Shown here in pieces: positions 45,711 to 56,936 of a DNA stretch of 64,000 nucleotides (within the stretch, counting starts at the first letter, position 1; each line of letters starts with the position of its first letter). The stretch covers positions 62,001-126,000 of the forward strand of contig NW_027191453.1 in assembly GCF_011745625.1 (NCBI RefSeq), given 5' to 3'. The translations under genes and the position numbers were made by a program. Under the pieces are notes generated by a model. It saw only the letters and a program-made list of their open reading frames with translations, was not told the origin of the DNA and made no database searches. The DNA is from Cladosporium halotolerans (Eukaryota).

Positions 45711-47139
45711 ATGTTCAAATCTGCAATTCGTTTCGCGTCCAACACAATGAGCTCCCAAGCCAGAGCGGCGCCCTACACCAGGGCCGTCGTCGCCGCGATG
45801 AGACGACTGTGAGTGCCCTGAGACCCCTGGCAAAGATCATCGGCATGGATTCTGACGGCACCGCCTGCTCAGCTACCCTGAAGCTCTGGCAGACAAGAGC
45901 TTCGACAACACTGGCCGTATGTCTGGACCGAACATTCAATAGAAAGCAAGCCAATGCCAGCTATGCGCCGTGTAGCTTACCTCGCCCGCCACAGTCCTTC
46001 TCGAGGCGCCCTTCGACCCTCTCCGTCGACAGATGAACTCTGTCCTTCTGACCGTCGACTTGACCAAAGCCGTCGCCGATGAGGCGATCGAAAGGAAAGA
46101 CTCGATCGTCATTGCCTATCGTCAGCGCAACCACAAAACCCGATCAACAACCCAAAAACCACACTAACCCGGCACAGACCCTATCATATTCAGAGGCCTC
46201 AAGAGCTTGACCTTCAACGACACCCAGCAAACCAGCCTCCTCCGCCTAGCCGCCGCAGGAATCAGCGTAAGCGCTCCACATCACCCTCGCCAGCACCTCG
46301 CCCCTTCTAACCACCCCAACCAGGTCTACTCCCCCCACACCGCCATCGACGCCGCCCGCGGCGGCCTAGGCGACTGGCTCGCCGACATCGTAACCGGCAC
46401 CCCCACAGACCCCGACGACCTCCCACCCCCCACCTCCAGCGCCCCAACCCCCGCAGCCACCGACCTCGAGCCCTCAGACCCCTTCAACGCCGCCCCCTCC
46501 CGCCCCTCCTACATGCTGCAGCACCACCCCTCGCAACTCTCCCTGCAAGAAAACGCCCTCGCGCTCGGCCGCAGCGCGCACAAACGCTACCCCATCACCG
46601 CAACCTCTGTCCCCGGCCACCCGGGCGCGGGCATGGGCCGCATCGTGCGCTTCGACAAACCCCTGCCCCTCACGGCCATCATCGACCGCATCGGGCTCGG
46701 GCTCGGCAACCCGAAAGGCTTCCCCATCGCCGTGCCGCAGGACCGCGACGCGAGCGAGCTGCAGATCCGGAGCGTGGGGATCTGCGCCGGCAGCGGCGGG
46801 TCGCTGTTTTCGCAGCTGGAGAAGGACGGCGAGGACGTCGACCTGTACTTCACGGGCGAGATGTCGCACCACGAGGCGCTGGCGGCGATCGAGAAGGGGA
46901 AGTGCGTGGTTTGCCTGTTCCACAGTAATACGGAGCGGGGGTTTTTGCACGGCGTGCTGAGGGGGCAGCTGGAGGGGGTTCTTGGGGAGGAGTGGGAGAG
47001 GGTGAGGAGGGAGGAGGGGGAGGTGGAGGGGTTGGGCGAGGGGGTTAGGGAGGCGTTGGCGGATGGGCGGGTTGGTGTTGCTGTTAGCGAGGTGGATCGG
47101 GATCCGTTTGGGATTATGATTTCGAAGAGTGAGGTTTGA
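45711..47139 (+). CDS. NIF3: NIF3/YbgI-family dimetal protein, 5 exons
   Basis: YPEALADKSFDNTGLLLE, LTVDLT, AYHPIIFRGLK, YSPHTAID, CAGSG, TGEMSHH, HSNTERG. Introns approx. 45809-45872, 45917-45993, 46121-46177, 46267-46323. Confidence 0.92.
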
Positions 47140-48240
47140 GGGGTTGAGCAGGTGTAGGTGGTGGTTTGAGGGGTTGTTGATACCATAGATCGAGTGTGGC
47201 AGGAATGAGCACAGGAGACAGATAATAGATCGAAGGACAGATGATCCGCTTATGGACGTACTTTCTGGTGCCGACGATTCTGTTGCTCCCTTCCCATCTG
47301 CCGTTCACAGTGGTAACGCCAGCATCTCCCATGGGAATATCTTCCACCACCTGCCAGGAGATCCGCAAGATAAACGCTCTCCGAGTAGAAACCCCGTTTT
47401 CAAAGACTGGAGCGGATGGTATCACGCCACTTCAGTCCGTAGGAACATAGAATAGAGGGATCAGCAGAGGCTCCCCGGAAAGTTCCCATGGCGCTTTCCC
47501 TCTAGAGTCAACGGTAGCAACTCGCGAAAGAGCCTCCTCAGCCCCAAAGCTCGGCTGAACTTTCGGACAAGAGAGGCGGCCGGATAATGCCCTCGTCTGG
47601 GCGACTGCGATCAACAGCAGCCGTGAGAGTTTGACTTCGTGAATGATCTTCACGAGGTGGAAAAGGTCGTGGAGAAACCTCCGCACGCGTGTCCAATCGC
47701 CGGGACCAGAGACCGCAGTTTCGGCGTGGTTGAAATTGTTCGCACGTGGACGAAGATCGGAACGGGGGTGAGAGAACAGGGTCTGTATTTCTCTGTATGT
47801 TGAAACATTCAGAGTGTGTATCGTGGAGCGCTTGACAGCAGAGGTAATCTAGGAGAGATAAGGGAAGAGGAAATGAAAGGAAAGGAAAGGCTGTACAGCT
47901 AAAACGATGGCAGGAAATGGGAAAAAGGAAGGCATGGTCGTGAAATGGCCATCTGCAAATTTGAAACCAACAACACCAGTGACGCCGCGGCTTGCAATAG
48001 TCCTCCTGTTGAAATCCAAGCGCCTGGCAGACGGTCCTTCTTTTTTGGGGCATTAGCCGTCCGCCAAAAAAAATCTCATTCTCGTTGATCACCCAAACGC
48101 CGGGAAAGATGCCGAGCCGGAAGAAACGCTGCACGCTGCATGTGTTCCAAAATCGATGGTCGTGATAGATTTGGGAAAAGCAGATGGTAGGTGACATGGC
48201 AGAGGCGTGGGACAGCTCAGTACTGCCTGATATTACTCTT

Positions 48241-49858
48241 TCAGCCAGACAGCCTGTTCTGACCCCTTTGCTTTTCGCGTTGGACCGCCCACCAGGTAGC
48301 CGCAATGAAAACAGTACTGAGCAGAAGCGTGCCTCCGCAGAATCCTTGGGCGCCTGCCCAGCTCTCCGGGAAGATAGCTCCACCGACTGGGCTGCCGATC
48401 AAGATACCGAGGGCGCCGCAGAACATGTTGATACCGAAACGCGTGCCGATGGTACGCATGTCGGTCGTCATGGAAGCGGCGCAGGGTCCTTGCAGGGATA
48501 CGAAGGCGCCGGCACAGAATCCGTAGAGCAAAGCCCAGATGACAAGACCCCCGTAAGAGTTTTGCACGGCGGCCCAGCAGAAGGCGAGGATGGAAGCTGA
48601 TCCGGTACAGGCACCGAGGACGACTAGAGGAGGGAAGAATTTATCCGCGATGAGAGAAGGAACGATACGTCCAGGGAGAGAGCCGGCATTGAGGACAATG
48701 ATCATCCAGAAGGGTTGACTAATGCCGTGTTCGCCAGCGTACTCGGCGATGAAGAAGAAAGGAATGTACTGGCCGACGAAGCCGAAAAAGGTGGCTACGT
48801 TGAGAAGACCAAAGGGAACTTCGCGCAAGATTGCGGCGTCCAGTATCTTGCGCTTGCTTGTTGGCTTGGGTACACGAGGCTTGATGACCGCGCATGGTAC
48901 GGCGAGCGTGATCAAGGCGAGGAATCCAATTGTTCGCACAGCCCAACCGAATCCGACTTGCGGCTCCAGCTGGTGAAAGACAATAGGGTAGATGATGCCA
49001 CCCATCGATGATCCAGAGGCTGCAAGACCCATGACGAGAGAGCGTTTCTTGGCAAAGTAGGTGGGCAAGATGGAAGTGGCTGTCAAGAAAGTACAGCCAC
49101 CACCAACTCCGACACAGATACCTTGGGCCAAGATTAGTTGGTAATATTCGTGGCAAAGAGAGGTCATCATTAGGCCGAACACAACGGAGCTCGATCCAAG
49201 GAAAACCAAGAGGCGAACGCTGCCGCGGTCAAAAATAGGACCCCACATGATGGGGGAGGCGCAAAGGAAGAATGAAGTGATAGTTCCGATCCAGGAGATG
49301 GATGAATTACTGGTGTCCGGTAGAAGGGTCTCCTTGTAATATGATTGAAAAATGCCTGAAGACTGTTAGCCATTGGATGATTTAGTGCGGACGCAACATC
49401 TAGTCCATACCATATGCGTTGATGACACCCCATGTGTTCATGAAAAGAAAATGACCACCAAGGACTTGGAGCCAGGCAGTCAAACCACCATCCGGTGGCG
49501 GTCCGCCTGGAGGTCCAGGAGGACGAGGAGGCCCTTTAGGTTCATGGCTCTCTTGAGGAAAGCCTGGACTGCCCGGAGGAAATCCAGGACTACCTGGAGG
49601 AAAGCCAGGGCTGTCGGGGGCAGCGAATTTCGGGTTTAGAGCGAGTGTCGAGCCAGCCATGCTTTCCCTACCTAGATCGCGGGGCCAAGCAGGTGAGGAG
49701 GGCCAGACGGGAGAGTTCATGCCGGAGTAGTTGCCAGGTGTATTAGGTCGGGAGTCGAGATAACTTCGCAAGTCCTCGACGGAATAGCTGTGGTGATGGG
49801 GCGATTCGATCATCGCATAACTGGAAGGGTTGGTCGCCATGATAGCGAGAGGCGGCAC
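48241..49858 (-). CDS. MFS transporter, monocarboxylate (MCT/Mch) family, 2 exons
   Basis: PPDGGLTAWLQV, NTWGVINAYG|IFQSYY, SWIG, GLAASGSSMGGIIYP, GFGWAVR; ~12 hydrophobic segments; intron approx. 49356-49409. Confidence 0.92.
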
Positions 49859-50312
49859 ACGCCGAGCTCAGAGATGACTGGAAAATGGAGCTAGGAAGTT
49901 GATGATGTCGCGGTTATCGTGCAGCGGCTGGTGAGCTCCGCTTCGATGTGACTAGCGGTAGAAGGTTGCAAGCTGTACAGTAGTGCTGATGGGTGGTTGG
50001 CGGCGGCCGGTCCGAGAAAATACCCTTCTGCAGAAGAAGATAGGATGGTCCGCTGAAGGAATGAAAGCGGATACGCGAAGGCGAGCCGTCGTGCGTAGGT
50101 TGGCCGAAGCGGCAGGCAAGGGCAAGGCGCTGTGCTGCTTGCGTGCTTGCGGGATGCTACTGACGTGCCAGGCAGCGCTGGAGAGAGAGAGAAGGATTGG
50201 AAGAAGACGAGGAGGCCGAGGAGGGCGGTGCGGTAGGGTGGGAGGATGCGGGTCCGACGCTTACCGGCAGTTGCGTGTGTGAGGCTGGTCAGGCAGCCCT
50301 CGACGCGCGCAG

Positions 50313-50347
50313 CAGCACAGCACAGCACAGCACAGCGCAGCGCAGCG
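50313..50347. repeat. (CAGCA/CAGCG)n pentanucleotide microsatellite
   Basis: cagcacagcacagcacagcacagcgcagcgcagcg visible directly. Confidence 0.8.
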
Positions 50348-52713
50348 AAAGTAGCAGCGCGAGCAGCGTTAGCAACAGCAGCAACGGCGGGGACAGTTAG
50401 TGCAGGGCATGGCAGAGGCCCACGCAGACAAAGACAAGAGGCAGCAGAGCGGGACGGAAGGGCAGCACTACCGCTGCGGGCGGTCACCGGCAGAGAAAGG
50501 CTCCGCCCGAGAAGGCCCACGGAGGCGAGGAGGAGGAGCCATCGAGTGACACGCTCGCTAGCAATGCTAGCCATCGCACCATACCGCGACGGGCGGTGGA
50601 GAGCAGTGGAAGCTCACGAGTCGCGGTCTAGCGGCGGTTGAGGGCGCACAAATTTAGCATCTCCCAGGTTAACAATGGAAGTGCGCGCCCGCCGGCCCAG
50701 CGCCAGCGGTCGATCGGCGCCAACCCCGGTGCCTGCCGGCCTGGGCGCGGATGCACGAAAGCCACTCGCCCCTGAGGCTACGCCTGTTCCTGACCGTGGC
50801 GCCCGCCGCGGCGCCTGTCATCGACGCGGCACGGCGGCACACGAGGGCGATTGCTGGTTGCGAGGGATGATTATTATTGCTGAGATGGCCAGGAAAACAA
50901 GCACCACTCATCACGCGCGCATGCAGCTCGCTTGGCCGGCCAGGCGAGAAGATAAGGCACGCCTACCCGCCGGGCCTGCACGCACTGCACGCACTGCACG
51001 CCGCAGGATTCGGATGGCGCCCTGCACGCACACGTCTGCCCTATCTACCCAGGACAGCAACCACGCCGCGCCGGCCACACGGCTGCTGTCCGAGCGCGAC
51101 GAGCAAAATGCGGGCGCGGACCGATGCCAGCTGGGACTTGGGAGCTGGGAGCCTGGGAGGGAGCGGGCGTTGCGTCCCTGTCGATGATGGTGGAAATAGA
51201 AACGCACCTTGCCTTGCCTTGCCTTACACTTTCGTACAGCAATCAGAAGGTACACACTCTCGCTGCGGCCGTTCAGGGGCAGCGCTGCGAGGATGCGCCA
51301 CATACGATGGGCGCCGGCAGCCTGAATGCTTGGTACCTCAGTCCTCCCACTCCTCCTGCGCTGGCCCGCGGCCGCAGCAGCCACCCGCCCGGCAGCGCCA
51401 TCGCATTGGATGGCCGCAGACGTGAAATTTCATCTGCTCCCGCCCTGCCCGAGTCTATTATCTCGCTTCCTCGCCTGCGCGCCCGCACTCGAAGCATGCG
51501 AAACATCCCGCGCGGGTCCATCTGCTCGCTTGCCGCATGCACATATTGATTTTGTCGCGAAGGGCTGCGTGCCTGCGAGTCAGTAGTGGCGCGCGCTGCA
51601 TCCCACTGCAGCTGCTACAACGCCAGCCGAGCACGCTGTTGCAGACCCCGGGCCCATCTGTGCGCTAACGGCGCGTCTCTGCACCTCCAGTATCGTATCC
51701 CTTCTAGCGCGTCAAGCACGGTAACAATTAGACACAAGTCACCAGGCCTCCCGTTGTGCCTTATCGACCGACCCAGCGAAGGCTCCCTCAACCAGACAAG
51801 CCAAGCTGCTTTCCGCGGCGTGTCTAGCCGCAGAAGCCTATCGAGACGCGCTCATCTCACCTCGTCTCCTCGCCCGCCATTTGAGATGCGCGCGCCAATA
51901 GGGGCCGGCAAAGTCCCCCCGAGTGCGCACCGACTCTCCTCGGCCCTAGGTGGGTTTGCAGGCCGCAGATCACCGCGTAAATCGGCGGCCAAACACGAGA
52001 GCCCTGGCGCTAGCAGCCCGTCAGCCCAGCGGGCCTTCGCAGAGCCCAGCACCCCTGCTCGCCCCGAGACTCAGAAACGGCCGGCTCTGCACGCGGTCGA
52101 AGCCCGGGGTTCCTGGTCCGAAATCGTCTTGCAAAACAATGCGAGGAGTGCCTCCCGGCCTGCGGGACTCGCGGGTTGCGACATCTCGGAGCACAAACTT
52201 AGATCGTGCCAGTGGTGTGTGCCGCGTGCCATGCCTCTAAACAAAGCCCGCCCACGTAGAGGCGGCAACATGCTTTCACCCGCCCGCCGGCCTGAAGACG
52301 CCAGGCTGCTCCCTCGACGGCGCGGGTTTAGTACCTGTCGCGCATGCCACGGAAGTCTGCGCCCCCGTCGATCTAGCAAATGCTGATCTCGTCCAATTAC
52401 GTCCGCCGTGCCCGCGCCAACACCGTATCACAGACACGCGACTTCTCCTCAACGGCCGCCATGCCCTATCCGGAGCGGCCCTGCAATAGTTCATCCATAA
52501 GGATGCCGACCAGAAAGCCTGTCTGTTGCTAATAATGTTCACCCTACTCCTCGTTCTCTCCTTTCCCGCTCGCTTCCCCATTGTGACGTTTCGTCCCCAT
52601 ATCCTACCGTCTTGTACTACTAATACTCGCGACTGAAGATTCCTCCCCTCGTTTTCCCATTGCTTTACGTCGTTCGTTCTACCCGATCCCTTTACACAGA
52701 GAGACCGCCGATC

Positions 52714-55700
52714 ATGCTGCTCTCCGAGGCTGCCGGACGGCCCGTCGACACCAGCAACCTCTCTCACCTTAATGTTTGGCAAAAAGCCGTCGCCGCAAAC
52801 CCCAATGGCACCGCCTTGATTTCATACCACCAGAAAGCTGCCAACTTCCGTTGGGTCAGCAACCAACACTCCGACGACGACTTCGTGCAATGGAGCTTCG
52901 CAGACCTGGACCGCGGAGCACGCAGATTAGCAACCACCCTCAACAGCCTATCACCTATCAACCGCAGACCCATTGCTTGCTTCTGCAACAACCAGGCAGA
53001 ATGGGCCCTCCTCCTGTGGGCAGCCGCCTACCTCCACTCTCCTCTCGTACCAATCAATCCTAAGAGCGCGATTCGCAGTGATGAGGTGTCACACATGCTC
53101 AAGCTCGTCAAGCCGGTCATGATTGCGGCCCCTGACGCGGCAACCGCTAGCCAGTTGGAGGAGAGTCTGCCCAAAGAGCTTTTGGATACTATGCCTGTTA
53201 AGATCCTTCTTGCCAATCCTGATACCACAAAGACCGCCAACGAATGGCGCCTGCTCTCAGAGATCATGTCTGGAGAGCTCACACCTCCGGACACCCCGAC
53301 GGATGCGGATCCTCAGGAGACTTCGGTCATTCTGTTCACCAGCGGCACCACTTCGCTCCCCAAGCCTTGTGCCCTCTCCAGTGCAATCACCGCAAACGCG
53401 GCACTCGCATACACAGAGCCCCGCGACATTACCGCCGGCCACCGCTTCATCCTCCACCTGCCCAACTTCCACTCCTACGGTATCGGCTGGGCTCTTGGTT
53501 TCCTCCTTGTTGGAGGCACGATCATCTACCCTTCGGAGGCTTTCGAAGCGCAGGCTTCGCTGGAGTGCATTGAGAAATTCAAGGCCACTCACATGAGTTT
53601 GGTGCCCACCACCGCGCAGGCTATGATCGTTCACCCCGCTTTCTCGAAGACCGACATCAGCAGTTTGATCAGCATTGACATTAGCGGTGCCGGTGTGCTC
53701 CCCAGCGTTGTCGAGTCCTGCGAGGCTGCGCTCAAGGTTCCCGGAGGTACCAGCTACGGTATGACCGAGAGCCCGTCCACTCTCATCTGGCCGATCAGGG
53801 AAGGCCCCGTCCTGCGCAACGGTGAAGTCCTCTCCGGCAGGCCCAGCAGGGGCGCTCGCGTGAAGATCTGTGAGCCCGGAACCACCACCGTCGTCCCTCG
53901 TGGTGTGGCTGGTGAGCTCCACAACGGTGGTGTGCAGGTCATTGGCGAGTACATGGACCCCAACGTCAAGACCGACAGCTTCTACGTGGACGCAGAGGGC
54001 GCCCAGTGGATCATTACCGGAGATCAGGCTGTCATGGAGGAGGACGGCGCTGTCCGCATTTCTGGCCGTTACAAGGACATCATTATCAGAGGTGGTGAGA
54101 ACATTTCTCCTGCCAGCATCGAGGCGTGCCTCCAGAAGGCTGAGGGCGTCTACATGGCTCAGGTTGTCGGTGCTCCGGATGAGATGGCCGGTGAGGTTCC
54201 TATCGCCGTCATCGAGTCTCGCGGCGAGAAGGTCACTCCCTCAAACATCCTCAAGGACATGGCTTCTCAGGCTCTCGGCCCGGCTTTCGCTCCCAAGACT
54301 GTGATCAACCTCAAGGACGACCTGGGACTCGAGGACTGGCCCAAGACCGCTGCCGGTAAGATTCGCAAGGTTGAGTTGGCAGTCTACGTCCGTGAGTGGA
54401 TCAAGAAGAGCGAGGGTCCCGCCGTCGATGCCAGCGCCCCGACTGTCGACTCCCTCATCAGGATCTGGAAGAAGATTTCTGGTGCTGACGGCCTTCTGCC
54501 CGAGTCTACCATCAACTCTTTCGCCGACTCTCTCATGATGATGCAGCTTTCCGGCACCGTCAAGAAGGACCTCGGCAGGGACATCACCGTCGAGGACTTC
54601 AAGAACTGCGACACCATCCAGAACCAGGCCGATCTTATCGACTCCAGGCCCTCGGTGACAGCTGCCGCCAACAAGCCTCAGAGGGAGGGCCCGCCCACCC
54701 TCAAGGACATGACGTACGTTCAGGGAGATGAGAAGGCCTACGCGAGCGCTAAGGCTCTCGTTTCCGCAGAGCTGGCTGCCCTTGCACTTCCCTGGGATGA
54801 TGTCGAGGATGTTGTTCCCATGCCTGATTGGGATGCTGTTTTCGCGCACAGGTGCCGCCCTACCTCCTGGAACCTGAGATGGAGCTACCACGCGCCGTGC
54901 GGCGCTGGTGAGCTCGAGAAGGCCATGAAGGAGGTTCTGGCCTACCACCCGACTCTGAGATCTCTCGCCGTCGAGCGTGAGGACGACGTTCCTCTCCTTG
55001 TCACTGTCCGCGCGAAGCAGCCTTGGTTCAGAGCAGCTGTTACCTCCGGCCACAAGATTGAGAGCAAGGAAGCCCTTAACGACCTGCTCCTCGACCACCA
55101 GAAATACGACACCGCCTCAATGGGCGGCCCCATGTTCCGCGTTCACATTGCCAGCATCGCTGACGGCACCTCCGGTCTTGTCGTCGTGGCTTCTCACGCC
55201 ATCTGCGACATGTCCATGACCAAGCTTTGGCTCGACGACATTGTCACCATTCTTTCTGGCGAGGGCTCTCCCATCCGCCACGGCTCCTTCGCTGAGTACG
55301 CATCTGCATACAACTCCCACCGTTTCGGCACTGAGGCCACAAACGGCGTCGATTACTGGACCAACAAGCTCCAGGGCATTGGATCCGTCCCCGACAGCAC
55401 GCTCTGGCCGCCGCAGCGCACTCCCGAGTTCTTCAAGGGTAACGATTACGGCTGGCGTCGTCACGATGGTCGCCGTGCTCGCCCTACTGAGCGTCGCGTC
55501 TCGCTCTCTCAGAAAGTTGCCGCTCAGAAGGGTGTTCGCCGCATGGTCAAGTGCGACGACATCCACCGTCTGAAGTCCGAGCACGACATCCCCATCTTCA
55601 TGCTGGTCAAGGCCGCCATAGCGCTGCTCAACATCAAGCACACCGGCGGCAAGGAGGCCATCTTCGGTACTCTCAACGCAGCCCGCAACTGGCCCTTTCA

Positions 55701-56268
55701 GAGCGACTACTCCGTCCTCGAGCGCGAGGCGTACACCAGCAACCCTCTCGACATCTCCGGCTGCACCGTCGAGTACGTGCTCGACCGCATCGCCGTGCCC
55801 TTGCAGAAGAACGCCGTCAGCTTCATGCAGAACGTGAGCAAGGGCGAGGAGACCAACTCAGCGTACGCGCACGCGCCCTTCCTGCGCATCGTCGACCGCA
55901 TGCGCGACCACCTGGGCGAGGACGACCTGCGCTCCTTCGCCGAGCGCGAGGCCGACGCCGACGCCCTGCTGCCGCTCATCCGCCGCCAGTCCTTCAACTG
56001 GCTGCCCACCGCGCCCACCGCTCAGGGCCACCCCAAGGGCCTCAACATGCTGCAGATGCTGACGCGCATGGACAACGGCCTGACCATCACCGGCTTCGTC
56101 GCCGACGACAAGAAGTCCGTCGCACTCAGCTTCACCTGGGACGCCGAGCACATGACTCTCGGCGAGGCCAACATCGCCATCGACAACCTCGCCGGTCTCG
56201 TCAAGGAACTCTGCCGCGCGGAGAACTGGGACAAGAGCGTGAGGGAGATCATGGGTCTCGTCATGTAA
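52714..56268 (+). CDS. NRPS-like enzyme: acyl-CoA-ligase-type adenylation domain - carrier (T) domain - condensation-like domain
   Basis: A: FTSGTTSLPK, YGMTE, TGD, GRYKDIIIRGGENISP, PKTAAGKI. T: ADSLMMM (Ser codon 54529) and ITVEDF..TIQNQA. C: YHPTLRS and SHAICD (HHxxxD variant, ~55192). Intronless, first ATG 52714. Confidence 0.88.
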   Translation: MLLSEAAGRPVDTSNLSHLNVWQKAVAANPNGTALISYHQKAANFRWVSNQHSDDDFVQWSFADLDRGARRLATTLNSLSPINRRPIACFCNNQAEWALLLWAAAYLHSPLVPINPKSAIRSDEVSHMLKLVKPVMIAAPDAATASQLEESLPKELLDTMPVKILLANPDTTKTANEWRLLSEIMSGELTPPDTPTDADPQETSVILFTSGTTSLPKPCALSSAITANAALAYTEPRDITAGHRFILHLPNFHSYGIGWALGFLLVGGTIIYPSEAFEAQASLECIEKFKATHMSLVPTTAQAMIVHPAFSKTDISSLISIDISGAGVLPSVVESCEAALKVPGGTSYGMTESPSTLIWPIREGPVLRNGEVLSGRPSRGARVKICEPGTTTVVPRGVAGELHNGGVQVIGEYMDPNVKTDSFYVDAEGAQWIITGDQAVMEEDGAVRISGRYKDIIIRGGENISPASIEACLQKAEGVYMAQVVGAPDEMAGEVPIAVIESRGEKVTPSNILKDMASQALGPAFAPKTVINLKDDLGLEDWPKTAAGKIRKVELAVYVREWIKKSEGPAVDASAPTVDSLIRIWKKISGADGLLPESTINSFADSLMMMQLSGTVKKDLGRDITVEDFKNCDTIQNQADLIDSRPSVTAAANKPQREGPPTLKDMTYVQGDEKAYASAKALVSAELAALALPWDDVEDVVPMPDWDAVFAHRCRPTSWNLRWSYHAPCGAGELEKAMKEVLAYHPTLRSLAVEREDDVPLLVTVRAKQPWFRAAVTSGHKIESKEALNDLLLDHQKYDTASMGGPMFRVHIASIADGTSGLVVVASHAICDMSMTKLWLDDIVTILSGEGSPIRHGSFAEYASAYNSHRFGTEATNGVDYWTNKLQGIGSVPDSTLWPPQRTPEFFKGNDYGWRRHDGRRARPTERRVSLSQKVAAQKGVRRMVKCDDIHRLKSEHDIPIFMLVKAAIALLNIKHTGGKEAIFGTLNAARNWPFQSDYSVLEREAYTSNPLDISGCTVEYVLDRIAVPLQKNAVSFMQNVSKGEETNSAYAHAPFLRIVDRMRDHLGEDDLRSFAEREADADALLPLIRRQSFNWLPTAPTAQGHPKGLNMLQMLTRMDNGLTITGFVADDKKSVALSFTWDAEHMTLGEANIAIDNLAGLVKELCRAENWDKSVREIMGLVM

Positions 56269-56936
56269 AGTGTAGGAACGTTTGTTTGCAACTGAATATT
56301 GGCGGCTTCCGTTTTTTTGGCTTTTATCTGATAGCATTTGACTGCGAGGGGGGCTTTGCGTTCACACCATCGACCGGCATCGCGATGCCTGGCAGTTTTT
56401 TTGTTCTGTTGGCTGGGGCTGTCGTTTGCGTTTACTGGCCTGCGCGATTGAGGCCTTTCCTTTTTTTTCTTTTCGAAATCTGGGTTGGAGCACTTTTTTC
56501 TGGTTGCGGTCCGACACCTGTGTATATTTTGTAATTATGTCATTGTACAAATATGACTATCATCACATCATTTCGAATTCCATCAGTATGAATTGTGTTG
56601 ATTTTGTGGTTATGTTTTATATCGGCGACTCGTCCGGAGCAGGCGGGGTGACATCTTGTGAGGCGGGCGGGCACAGGGTCAAGCGACGACGTAAGCGGTG
56701 CACGTTCGTCGGCTGTGTACATCACACCCACACCTAAACTACAACTTTAGGTACCTCCATCCCAAGGCAACGACATACTCTTCACAACACCTTTTCTTGG
56801 TCCTGTCGTCGCTCTCTCTTTATCACTTGCTCGCCACATAGCACATCTTGCCAAACCGAGCTACCTTCACCGACTCTCGACAGTGACCACCTAACACAGA
56901 GAGGGGCACACCTCTCTTTGTCCTTCGCTATACACC

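Noticed and set aside
49891..52386. Multiple 150-270-aa ORFs between the MFS and NRPS-like genes
   Set aside because: Arg/Ala/Pro-rich translations of GC-rich intergenic DNA and a microsatellite; open frames on both strands.
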